Source: Candidatus Bathyarchaeota archaeon
Lineage (GTDB): Archaea; Thermoproteota; Bathyarchaeia; Hecatellales; Hecatellaceae
Assembly (NCBI GenBank): GCA_052246995.1
Contig: JBQPWD010000001.1
Span: 245,574 to 309,573, forward strand
Direction of reading: 5' to 3'
Length of the DNA: 64,000 bases
Below, in pieces: positions 10,330 to 19,190 of the stretch (within the stretch, counting starts at the first letter, position 1; every line of letters starts with the position of its first letter). The position numbers were made by a program, and so were the translations under genes. The notes beneath the pieces were generated by a model, which worked only from the letters and a program-made list of their open reading frames with translations, did not search any database and was not told where the DNA came from.

Positions 10330-11283
10330 TTAAGCTTTTTTTACTCCAAAAATGGATTCTTCTTCAAGATTTAAAAAAACCTCTTCATCTTCTCCACACG
10401 TTAATACCACTTTTCTTTCTTTTGTAACTTTTCCTACAACACTAACCGTGTAACCTACCTTCCTAAGAACCTCAGAACATTTTTCCGGATTTTTTGTTGA
10501 AAAAATAAAGCTAAACGACGGATAGATGGTAAGCCATGTATTTAACCCAACATCTTTGGGTTTAGGTATCCTGGAAACATCAAGTTTTACCCCGACCATG
10601 CTTGATTCACAAAGCATGGCTATACTGCCGACAATTCCTGGAGAACTTATGTCCCTTGACGCGCTTACAATAGATTTTTCTGTAAGGCTGATTACACCTT
10701 TAATAAGTTTTTGAATTTTTTCTGAAGACTTGTTTGTTACAGAATCAAAACATTTAACCCAACCTTTTTCTACGTAGGCTCCATCAAGGTCAACAGCCAA
10801 AACAAGGCTATCTCCTGGCTTAGCAGCACTACTTGGTATAACCTTTTTTGCTAAACCAACAACAGCAGCATCAACAGAATCATAATTAGAATCGGGGTGT
10901 GTATGAATTTTTAAGATTTTTAACCTATATTTTTCGAGAGCATCCCTAATACCTTCAACTATTCTTCTACGTATTTCTGGGGATTTTGATGAAATTACAC
11001 CTAAATAACCCACAGGTTTTGCACCCTTCGCGATAATATCATTAACATTAACAAGGACGGAGAAAAAACCTGCAATCCACGAGTCGGCTTTTGTAAGTTC
11101 TTCGGTTATTCCATCTACTGATGCAACAACTTTATACTTGCCAACATTAAACCATCCTGCATCGTCAAAACTACATTTAATATTAAATATTTTAACAAGC
11201 TCACCTATACATGCTTTCCTTGTAAATCCCCTGTAAAGCTTTGCGGTACTGGTAATTTCTTTTAAAAAGTTTTTTTCAGTCAA
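10330..11283 (-). CDS. AIR-synthase (PurM/ThiL-fold) related protein, methanogenesis marker 2 / sll0787-like
   Basis: G-x-TRK, DDA, DGI, AGFFSVLVNVNDIIAKGAKP, HTHPD, RDISSPGIVGS. Confidence 0.82.
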   Translation of the reverse strand: MTEKNFLKEITSTAKLYRGFTRKACIGELVKIFNIKCSFDDAGWFNVGKYKVVASVDGITEELTKADSWIAGFFSVLVNVNDIIAKGAKPVGYLGVISSKSPEIRRRIVEGIRDALEKYRLKILKIHTHPDSNYDSVDAAVVGLAKKVIPSSAAKPGDSLVLAVDLDGAYVEKGWVKCFDSVTNKSSEKIQKLIKGVISLTEKSIVSASRDISSPGIVGSIAMLCESSMVGVKLDVSRIPKPKDVGLNTWLTIYPSFSFIFSTKNPEKCSEVLRKVGYTVSVVGKVTKERKVVLTCGEDEEVFLNLEEESIFGVKKA

Positions 11284-11498
11284 AGTTACCCACCAATCGC
11301 CTAGAAATTCTTTAATAGCCTTAATACTACTTGCATGTTTTAAATTTAAAAAATTTCACCTATTGCTAACTCCGAAAAAATGGAATTTTCCAACAAATTT
11401 ATTTCACACTTGTCTCCAGAATTTAAGTAGAGAAAGTAAACACGCTTTAAATTCATTTTTTTTAACGAAATGAAAAATCTATGGTGAGGGTTTAACAC

Positions 11499-11969
11499 TT
11501 GAAAACCTTCAAGATTGAGGAGTTAACAGAAAAAGATGCTGAAGAAATTGAGCTTTTGTTTAAGGAGGTTTGGCCTAACGCGCTGGAGTATCCTCAAGAG
11601 TGGAGGAAAAAAAGGTGTTTAACAAAATCTGAAATTATTAATGAAATGCGTAAAGGGTACCATTATTTTGGAGTGAAAATTAATGGTAAAATTGTTGGAC
11701 TGTATAAGTTGAGTATTGAAGGGGATACATGTTTTGGAGAGCACCAAACAGTTCATCCATCCTACCGTGGAGCAGGGTTAGCTTCAGCAATGTATGAACA
11801 TTTTATCGATTATGCTAAGAAAAATGGCTATAAGAAGGTGCGTGTTAACATTCTCTTAGCAAACATCCCAAGCATTAAGTGTGTTGAAAAATTTGGTTTT
11901 CATAAAAAGGGTGCTCCATATGAACAGTCTAAGGGTATGTTGGTGCAAATGTATGAAAAAGAGGTTTAA
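11499..11969 (+). CDS. GNAT family N-acetyltransferase
   Basis: Acetyl-CoA motif VHPSYRGAGLA; N-x-x-S...EKFGF. Confidence 0.88.
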   Translation: MKTFKIEELTEKDAEEIELLFKEVWPNALEYPQEWRKKRCLTKSEIINEMRKGYHYFGVKINGKIVGLYKLSIEGDTCFGEHQTVHPSYRGAGLASAMYEHFIDYAKKNGYKKVRVNILLANIPSIKCVEKFGFHKKGAPYEQSKGMLVQMYEKEV

Positions 11970-12024
11970 TCAGGGAAATTCTTCTCTACTGAAAAATTTT
12001 ATAAATTAAATTTTTTGTGATAAT

Positions 12025-13161
12025 TTACAAACCATACTTTAAAGCTTCTTTTAGCGGAGAGCAGGCACTACAACGAACACAGCCAGCCTTATTTAGCTCT
12101 AATCTTAAACCATACCGTCTTATAGCCGAAGAAGTGTTTTCCAAGATTTTTAAAACATAGTTAGGATTGGGTGGAGGATGCTTCTCCATTTTTGTTGCTG
12201 GTAGGGGTCTAAATGGAACTATAAGTGGAATTACTCCTAAACTACAAACCTTGTCAAGCATACTGGAAAAAGCTTTTTCATCCTCACCTAAACCTGCTAA
12301 AATCATGCTATCAACTTGATTTTCTCCAAAAACTTCTAAAGCTTTTTTCCAAGCTTTAAAATATTCTTCCACGCTTACAGAAGCTTTACCAGGACAAACA
12401 GCTTTTCTGACATTTTCATCCAAGCTTTCAACATGAATACCAATAGTGTCAGCACCTGCCTCGTAAAGCTTTTCAATGTCTGAGAGATTTTTTGGAGGTT
12501 CAATCTGAATATGAACTGGTATGCCAGTAGCCTTTTTTATTTCCCTTAAAAATGGGATGTAAAGTTTGCACCCTCTGTCGGGAGTATTAATCGAACCTGA
12601 AGTTAAAGTTACATGTTTACAGAAGTTGTTTCTTTCCGCCTCTAAAATGGCTTCAACAATATGTTTGGGGTTTTTTACTGACAAAATTTTTTCCCCGTGT
12701 TTCTTAATATTTTGCTGAATTGCACAAAAACCACATTCCTTTCCATCAAACCAGTAAAAACAGTACTTGTTTATTGTTGTTGCAACAACATCAAATCCGT
12801 GAATTGCGATAATTTTCCAAAAAGGTATGCCGTCAGAAGTTTTATCATCAAGAAATTTTAACCTTTCAATCATGAAGATTTTTGTTAAAGGTTTATTGTC
12901 CGTATAAAGCATGTATTCCCCAAAAGGATAAACATCTTTAATTTTCTTGACATGGTAAGGTGAAAATGAAGTAAAAAAACCTTGAAACGGTGTATTTACA
13001 ATGACATTTCTACCATACCCTGGAAAAAACACGTATCTTCCACCACTAGGCCCAGCACCACCAACTCTACCTAAATCTATCCCATCCTCAGCTTTAACCC
13101 CTCTACATAAAAGTTCAACCTTTAATCTTGTTATACCTTTAACCTGTAAATTCGAATACAA
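12025..13161 (-). CDS. Radical SAM protein, MSMEG_0568 (NitD-like) family
   Basis: GGAGPSGG, IAIHG, CX8CX2C (CFYWFDGKECGFC), GIHVES, C-terminal AGCVRCSACS. Confidence 0.8.
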   Translation of the reverse strand: MYSNLQVKGITRLKVELLCRGVKAEDGIDLGRVGGAGPSGGRYVFFPGYGRNVIVNTPFQGFFTSFSPYHVKKIKDVYPFGEYMLYTDNKPLTKIFMIERLKFLDDKTSDGIPFWKIIAIHGFDVVATTINKYCFYWFDGKECGFCAIQQNIKKHGEKILSVKNPKHIVEAILEAERNNFCKHVTLTSGSINTPDRGCKLYIPFLREIKKATGIPVHIQIEPPKNLSDIEKLYEAGADTIGIHVESLDENVRKAVCPGKASVSVEEYFKAWKKALEVFGENQVDSMILAGLGEDEKAFSSMLDKVCSLGVIPLIVPFRPLPATKMEKHPPPNPNYVLKILENTSSAIRRYGLRLELNKAGCVRCSACSPLKEALKYGL

Positions 13162-13365
13162 CTTCTATTCATGATAACTTTACACTTTCCACCATAAAAA
13201 GAATTGGTTGTTTGAAAAGTTACACACATTACGCTTACACGTAAGCAGGGATAGAATTTTTTACATTAGACAAAATTTAACAATAAAAGTGGTATGTCAC
13301 AAAATCTTTAACAAAACAATATTTTTAACAGACGTGACCTCCTACTTTAATTGTGGGTGTAGAAG

Positions 13366-14946
13366 ATGGATGAGGAAAAAGAAGCATACATTCCGGTAGC
13401 TGTAGATGACATAGAGTACAAGGTATGTAAAGGTGCAAATTTAGGTGAATTGCTTAAAAAGGCAGGCATACCATACGTTAATCAACTAATTGTTGCAGTT
13501 TTAACAAGCAAGGAAAAAGAAGTTAAGGTGATAAAAAGCTATAAAATAAAAACAAGTAAAGGGGAATTAATTGTAAGAATAAACGATGAAGTAGACCCTC
13601 AAATATGGATGGATGTTATCTCTAACTGTGAAAAATCAAGAGTTAGTTGGATTACCCCTAAAGCTGTTGCTTTTGGCTCGTTTAAAACAAGCTTAAAGGC
13701 GGTAGACAACTTTATCTCCTATGAAAAATGGGATGTAGGTTTAAGTTTAGCAGGAAAAGACTCATCGCATACACACATTATAATCGCCAAAAAAAAGCAT
13801 GAAGCCTCCTATATCCCACCTAAACAATATCCAATCCTTGGAAAAGTTGTTGCTGGGAGACATGTAATTGATAGTTTAGCTTTAAACGACGTTATAGAAA
13901 AAGTTGAACCGCTACCAACACGTGAAGAAACAGTTGACTCCCAGCTTATTGAAAGAATACCCTCCACGGATTGGAGAATTCTTGAGCCTGTGAAAATTTA
14001 TACTCACCTAAAAATTAAGGTTTACGAGGAAGCTGCAAGTAGTATTGAACATTTCTATTCAACATTTCAAGATGAAGGTATATTAGAAGTTAGTGATGTT
14101 GCATCAAGCTATGTTTGCTGTGAAAAAAACGTTGTCAAGCTTACACAAGAAAATACGGTTAGAAGGGCTTTAGGTACGGTTACCGTTAGGAATACTGGGG
14201 AAAAAAATGGTGCAATTTTTATCTATAAAAGGGATAGACCCCCCAGCAACTCACATAATGTTGTAGGGTTTGTTGAAAAAGGGTTTGAACTGCTTAGTGT
14301 CTCCAAGAAGGGTGATAAAATTATGGTTAAAGTTGAACCTAAAAGTGCGGATGTTTTAGGTTTAACTCAAAGTGAAGCTGAAAAAAAGCTTTTAAGTCTC
14401 TCACTGAAACAGGAAAGATGCTGGGATGTTGATGATAAGGCAGTTGTTGTCGAGCAAGAACCACTACTTACGGTTGAGGCGTATAAGAAAAAGGTTGTTA
14501 AAACCTATGGGGTTAACCCGAAGGAAATAGTTAAAATAAGAGTTTATGATGAGGCAACGAGAACTGCAAAATACTTAAGGATTGCAAGCGGTCTATTATA
14601 TCGTAAGATAGGCAGGTTAAAGGTATTTTTTGCAATGTCCGGTACAGAATTTATTTTACTTCGCGAGAATCCATATCCTTTCCAAATTTTTGAAAGAATA
14701 GAACTTGAAAAGCTTCTTCTTCCAGAAAAAACCCCCAAAGATTTTGTTGATAATTTTGAGGTAGGCGTAACAAACAATGTAAGGAAAAATGTTGGGTTAA
14801 TCGGTGTAAGACTTAAATCAAGCAACCAGTTTGGACCTACAGGAGAAAAGTTTAGCGGAACAAACCTAGTTGGGAGGGTTGTCGAGGGATTCGAGGTTTT
14901 AAGTAAACTTAAGGAGAGGGATAGGGTGTATTTTATGGAGGTTTAG
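13366..14946 (+). CDS. mmp3: Methanogenesis marker protein 3 (cyclophilin-like)
   Basis: IKTSKG, VTVRNTG..G..FIYK, HNVVG, GVTN...GLIGVRL...FGPTGE.F.GTNLVG. Confidence 0.9.
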   Translation: MDEEKEAYIPVAVDDIEYKVCKGANLGELLKKAGIPYVNQLIVAVLTSKEKEVKVIKSYKIKTSKGELIVRINDEVDPQIWMDVISNCEKSRVSWITPKAVAFGSFKTSLKAVDNFISYEKWDVGLSLAGKDSSHTHIIIAKKKHEASYIPPKQYPILGKVVAGRHVIDSLALNDVIEKVEPLPTREETVDSQLIERIPSTDWRILEPVKIYTHLKIKVYEEAASSIEHFYSTFQDEGILEVSDVASSYVCCEKNVVKLTQENTVRRALGTVTVRNTGEKNGAIFIYKRDRPPSNSHNVVGFVEKGFELLSVSKKGDKIMVKVEPKSADVLGLTQSEAEKKLLSLSLKQERCWDVDDKAVVVEQEPLLTVEAYKKKVVKTYGVNPKEIVKIRVYDEATRTAKYLRIASGLLYRKIGRLKVFFAMSGTEFILLRENPYPFQIFERIELEKLLLPEKTPKDFVDNFEVGVTNNVRKNVGLIGVRLKSSNQFGPTGEKFSGTNLVGRVVEGFEVLSKLKERDRVYFMEV

Positions 14947-14995
14947 TTGTTATTTTTCCAAATAAACAGCTTAATTAATAAGGTGCGAAGTTCTT

Positions 14996-15427
14996 ATGAA
15001 AAAGATAGATGAAGTAACTTACGTGGTTGTTTTATCATCAAACTCAACGTTAACTCCAAAGCATCTTATTCATAAGGTTGCAGTTTTAGCGTTACCTGTA
15101 ACTGTTAAAGAAACATGTTACGGTATACTAATTGAAGGTAAAAAAGATGACGTTGAAAGTGTTGTTAATGAGGTTAGAAAGCTTGACCCGGAAAAAATCT
15201 TTGTTAAACTTAGAGGTTTTCCTAGTGGAGACCGGAGAATTTGTAGGTCTAGTAGGGGTGGTGGAAGTAGACTAGGTTTTCAACAGTTAGAGGCAGAGTC
15301 TAAATTATTACCGTTAATTTCCAAAGGTCTTAAAAATATGTCCTCACATCATGAGGAAGTATTGGAAAAGGAAGAAAAATTTCTTCCAGTTGCCAAACTA
15401 AAAAAAATAATTGAAAAGGAAGCTTAA
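14996..15427 (+). CDS. mmp6: Methanogenesis marker protein 6 (DUF2102)
   Basis: VKETCYG, IFVKLRGFPSGDRRICR...GGSRLGFQQLEAE. Confidence 0.9.
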   Translation: MKKIDEVTYVVVLSSNSTLTPKHLIHKVAVLALPVTVKETCYGILIEGKKDDVESVVNEVRKLDPEKIFVKLRGFPSGDRRICRSSRGGGSRLGFQQLEAESKLLPLISKGLKNMSSHHEEVLEKEEKFLPVAKLKKIIEKEA

Positions 15428-15474
15428 AAATTGTGTTTAAACATTTACCTCAATTTTTTAAAAAAGAATTTTAG

Positions 15475-16032
15475 GTGAACTGGATGAAAATAACGGTTAA
15501 ATGCGAAGACGTGGTTGGAGCAAAACTATATGAAGAAATTATAAAAGAGAATATCCGGATGTATAGAATACCATTTAAAAAAATTTACGTGTATATAGAT
15601 GCTAAAACACCACTATCTATTAGCTGTGTTTCTTGGTCGGAAAAACCAAAGTTAACTTTAAGTGAAATGGCTGAAATCGAAGCTTGCTCTGAGGGGGCCA
15701 AGGTAGTGTTAAAAGAAGATTTTAAGAACTATTTAGATGAAATATGCGGGTTTTTGAAGAGAGCCTATGGTGAAGAAAATATTGAGATAAGAGACAACTC
15801 AATGATAGTTAAGGATGTTAAAACTCAAGATCTAGAAAGCTTCTTTATACCAAGTTCCTCCACTGAGGATGTTAATGTTATCATAAATTTTTTAAGAAGA
15901 ATTTTGCCTGAAGGTTTTAGAATTTGTAGGATTCTACAGAAAAATAATAAACTAGCATTAATTGCCTCTGAAGATACTATAAAAGATGAGTGGATTAAAA
16001 AAGCTGACCAAATGTTATCTGGTGAAGATTAG
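15475..16032 (+). CDS. mmp17: Methanogenesis marker protein 17 (DUF2113)
   Basis: VKCED..GA..YE.I; RILPEGFR; ASE; position between mmp6 and mmp7. Confidence 0.82.
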   Translation: MNWMKITVKCEDVVGAKLYEEIIKENIRMYRIPFKKIYVYIDAKTPLSISCVSWSEKPKLTLSEMAEIEACSEGAKVVLKEDFKNYLDEICGFLKRAYGEENIEIRDNSMIVKDVKTQDLESFFIPSSSTEDVNVIINFLRRILPEGFRICRILQKNNKLALIASEDTIKDEWIKKADQMLSGED

Positions 16033-16959
16033 TTGCCTGAAACCTTTAAATACATGATTTTTGAGGGAGGGTTGCATAAACAAAACATTCTCCTTGATTT
16101 TATTGAAGATGTTGGAGGGGTAATTTTACAAAAAAGTGTTATAGGTTTAGATCTTGTTGTATTTTTTGCAATCTCCTCAGAAGAAATAGAACGTGTAGAG
16201 GAAATAGCCTCACTTCTAGGTGGAAAGGTGAGAGAAGCCCCCTTAGTTGGATGTGAAATAGCGCTCGTGTCACCAAGTATATCTCGGCATCACCTTCCAC
16301 ATCCAGTTTGCGACATATCAGAGTATTTAAGAAGATATGGTGCAAAAGTAGACGTGGTTGGTTTAGCTCAGGGCGTTGGGCAGAGAATAGCTAGGTTAAA
16401 CAAGGATGAAAAAGAGATTATAGAAGAACACGAGTTAGCAATATTTGTTCTAGGAAACTTTGAATACTGCTTACTTAACAAGAAGTATAATTTATACAAA
16501 GACTTAGACATACCTGTAATTGTTACAGGTGCACCTTTTCTTCCAAGCGTTCCTTATGCCTACGCCTATGTTGGCGGCCTTGGACGTATACCCCGTAGGT
16601 TGAAGTCATCAGAAACTGTAGCAAGACTTGAAGATGTTGTAAAGGTTGCATCAAGTTGCTTAGAAAATCTACGTAGAGAAATATCTTTAGATCCATTACC
16701 AGTTCATCCTGTTCTCGTTAAACAAGAGATTGAAAGACAAATGAGTGATTTTTTTAGTGATTCATCACTTTCACCTGTTACATTAAAGGTTGATGGTGTC
16801 CGTGTAGAACTAGACTACAAAAAGTTTGTTAACAAGATTGGAAACATCGATATTGGGAATAGAAAGCTTAGGGAGATAGCGGAAATTAAGGCTTCAGTTA
16901 TGAGAAGACATATTCTTGTTAAAATTCTTCCAGAATCTGTCGTTGGAACAGTATTTTGA
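16033..16959 (+). CDS. mmp7: Methanogenesis marker protein 7 (McrC-related domain)
   Basis: FEGGLHK...IEDVGG, APLVG.EIALVSP, HHLPHPVCDISEYLRRYGAK. Confidence 0.9.
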   Translation: MPETFKYMIFEGGLHKQNILLDFIEDVGGVILQKSVIGLDLVVFFAISSEEIERVEEIASLLGGKVREAPLVGCEIALVSPSISRHHLPHPVCDISEYLRRYGAKVDVVGLAQGVGQRIARLNKDEKEIIEEHELAIFVLGNFEYCLLNKKYNLYKDLDIPVIVTGAPFLPSVPYAYAYVGGLGRIPRRLKSSETVARLEDVVKVASSCLENLRREISLDPLPVHPVLVKQEIERQMSDFFSDSSLSPVTLKVDGVRVELDYKKFVNKIGNIDIGNRKLREIAEIKASVMRRHILVKILPESVVGTVF

Positions 16960-17028
16960 AAACCTTAATTATAAGATACAAAATTAATTCTATCATCCTA
17001 TTTATGAGTTAAAAATGAAGCTAACCTA

Positions 17029-18267
17029 CTAACGCGTAGACATTTCTTTTACGCTTGAAGCTAAAACAGCTGCACCAACGGCTCCAGCATAGTGTGAATA
17101 ATTTGGAACTATTACTTTCACCTTAAGAATGTCTTCAAAAGCTTTTGTTAACCCTTCAATCAGCGAGGTTCCGCCAACTTGAATTACTGGTTCCCTTATA
17201 TCAACCTCCTGTAGCTGCTGTTCAAAAAACTGCTTAGCCACACTATAGCAAGCTGCAGCAGCAACATCTTCTCTTCGGGCACCTGCAGCTAAAGCTGATG
17301 CTAAATCTTGTATACCAAAGACTATGCAGTAGGCGTTCATGGAAATCTTGTAAAAATCTCCATCTAATGCAAGCTTACCCAGTGTTTCAACGTTAACCCC
17401 TAACCTAGAGGCAACTACCTCAAGAAATTTGCCGGACGCACCTGCACATATCCCGCCAACGCTAAATCCATCAGGAATACCGTCAAACGTGGTAATAGCC
17501 TTATTGTCAGTTCCACCAAGGTCTATTGTTAAAGCTTCACCTTCCTGCCTACCAGCAAGGTAGGTGGAGCCTTTAGCACATACTGTAACTTCTTCTAAAG
17601 CTATGTCAGCATTAAAAGCTTTTTTAAGTAAAAATCTTCCATAACCAGTTACTCCAATAGAGTCAACTTTACTTAGATTTATACCTGCTTTTTTGAACAA
17701 CTCGTCTAAAACTTTTTCACTACTTTTTAAAATATCCGTTGTTGGAAGCCAATAATGTGTTACTATTTCACCATCATTCATTATTACCCCCTTAGTCATG
17801 GTCGACCCGGAATCTACTCCCACAGTTAACCCTTTATGTTTTTTTCTTGCTAAAATCGTGCGATACCTTATCATATTTGACAGGGCTTCCATCCTTAAAA
17901 ATAGTGTTCCAGATTTTGTTCTTTCGGTGAAAGAATAGGAAAGGATAGGTATTCTCAGATTTTGCTGTAAACTTTTTCTTATAATACTTCTAATAATGCT
18001 CCCCTCAGCGCAGCGAAAGCAAGTTAAAACGATTACACCGTCAATGTTGTAATTACCCTCAATAAGGGATTTTGTCCGGGCTAAAGCAACCTTTAAACCG
18101 TTACTTGACGGGGAAAAACCGAAGTAGGATTCTACCTTTAAAACATCATCTAATGATATATCAGGTATGATAAGTTGCATATCAACAAGTTTAGCAGCTT
18201 CCTCAATCTCTTTTTGTATGCCACTATACTCGGTTCCACAAGAAATTTGAGCCACGCGGACACTCAT
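17029..18267 (-). CDS. mmp15: Methanogenesis marker protein 15 (ASKHA activase-type ATPase)
   Basis: SCGTEYSGIQ, TCFRCAEG, YSFTERT, GVDSGSTMTK, DLGGTDNK, GGICAGASG, YCIVFG. Confidence 0.93.
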   Translation of the reverse strand: MSVRVAQISCGTEYSGIQKEIEEAAKLVDMQLIIPDISLDDVLKVESYFGFSPSSNGLKVALARTKSLIEGNYNIDGVIVLTCFRCAEGSIIRSIIRKSLQQNLRIPILSYSFTERTKSGTLFLRMEALSNMIRYRTILARKKHKGLTVGVDSGSTMTKGVIMNDGEIVTHYWLPTTDILKSSEKVLDELFKKAGINLSKVDSIGVTGYGRFLLKKAFNADIALEEVTVCAKGSTYLAGRQEGEALTIDLGGTDNKAITTFDGIPDGFSVGGICAGASGKFLEVVASRLGVNVETLGKLALDGDFYKISMNAYCIVFGIQDLASALAAGARREDVAAAACYSVAKQFFEQQLQEVDIREPVIQVGGTSLIEGLTKAFEDILKVKVIVPNYSHYAGAVGAAVLASSVKEMSTR

Positions 18268-18281
18268 GATTTTTAACCTTT

Positions 18282-18719
18282 TTAATCAAGACCTTTTAAG
18301 AAGTTAAATATCTTTTTAACAAAAGATGCAGCTTCAACTTCATTTGCCGGGTATTTTAAAACTAGTTTTGGTATCTTTCTTTCATGAATCAGATGCATTA
18401 TGGCCTCATTTGTCCTTGCACAGCCTGAACATCCAAAAGCAAGGTCAACATCATTTACTATTATTGCAGCATCAGCCTTCTCTATAAGGGGACCTATAAG
18501 TGCAAGTCTACCTCTAACCCCCGATGGAGCCTCAACTGTACAGTATTTTAAGCCTTTAATAGGCTCCTCTGGAGTTATGTTGTACGGTGGTGAATCTATC
18601 TCAGGATCTCTAACTCTTTCATGGATTTCACTCATCATGGCAAGCGGTTCATGTCCAAACCTTTTTACTAGGTCGTAAAGTATGAGGCTGTTAACAGGAA
18701 AGATGAAAACCCTCTTCAT
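18282..18719 (-). CDS. mmp5: Methanogenesis marker protein 5 (DUF2112)
   Basis: NSLIL.DLV.RFGHEPL, DSPP.NIT, EAPSGVRGR, FGCSGCARTNE. Confidence 0.93.
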   Translation of the reverse strand: MKRVFIFPVNSLILYDLVKRFGHEPLAMMSEIHERVRDPEIDSPPYNITPEEPIKGLKYCTVEAPSGVRGRLALIGPLIEKADAAIIVNDVDLAFGCSGCARTNEAIMHLIHERKIPKLVLKYPANEVEAASFVKKIFNFLKGLD

Positions 18720-18769
18720 GTTAGATTACCATGCAAATAACCCTGCTTATTGCTAACGGTAATTAGATG

Positions 18770-19186
18770 TTACTGCTTAACTTTAAGTTTTATTTCATCA
18801 CAAATACATTCCTTTCCAGTTATAAGTTCAGCATCTCCGCCGCATTTAGGACATGTTAATGTGACAACAAGCGTGTTGTCACATTGAACACAAGTTAAAC
18901 TTGAAAGATGCATTAAACCTGGACTTTCCGTAACCTTAGTTGGAGAATACTCGTACCAGCATTTTTTACACTTACATGTTGCCTTAACTTCTTGAATTGT
19001 TATTTTCATGTTTTCAGCTTTTGAACCCTTACATAACGTTGTAAGAGCAAATTTTAGATGGTCAATGTTAATTAAAGTTAATTCCCCTACTTTCAGCTTA
19101 ACCTCTACAACAGCCGAAGCATTATTTTTTTCAGCTATGTCCATCACCAAGTTAAAAATGGATAGGGCTAGTGAAAGCTCATGCAA
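18770..19186 (-). CDS. hypA: Nickel metallochaperone HypA
   Basis: Start re-placed at TTG 19186 to give the N-terminal MHE Ni motif; VGELT; CxxC pairs; TGKE. Confidence 0.9.
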   Translation of the reverse strand: MHELSLALSIFNLVMDIAEKNNASAVVEVKLKVGELTLINIDHLKFALTTLCKGSKAENMKITIQEVKATCKCKKCWYEYSPTKVTESPGLMHLSSLTCVQCDNTLVVTLTCPKCGGDAELITGKECICDEIKLKVKQ

Positions 19187-19190
19187 ACCA

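Noticed and set aside
16033-16959. Possible mcrC
   Set aside because: The HHLPHPVCDI motif is shared, but the length and the N-terminal FEGG..K/EDVGG domain identify Mmp7; no true mcrC is seen in the window
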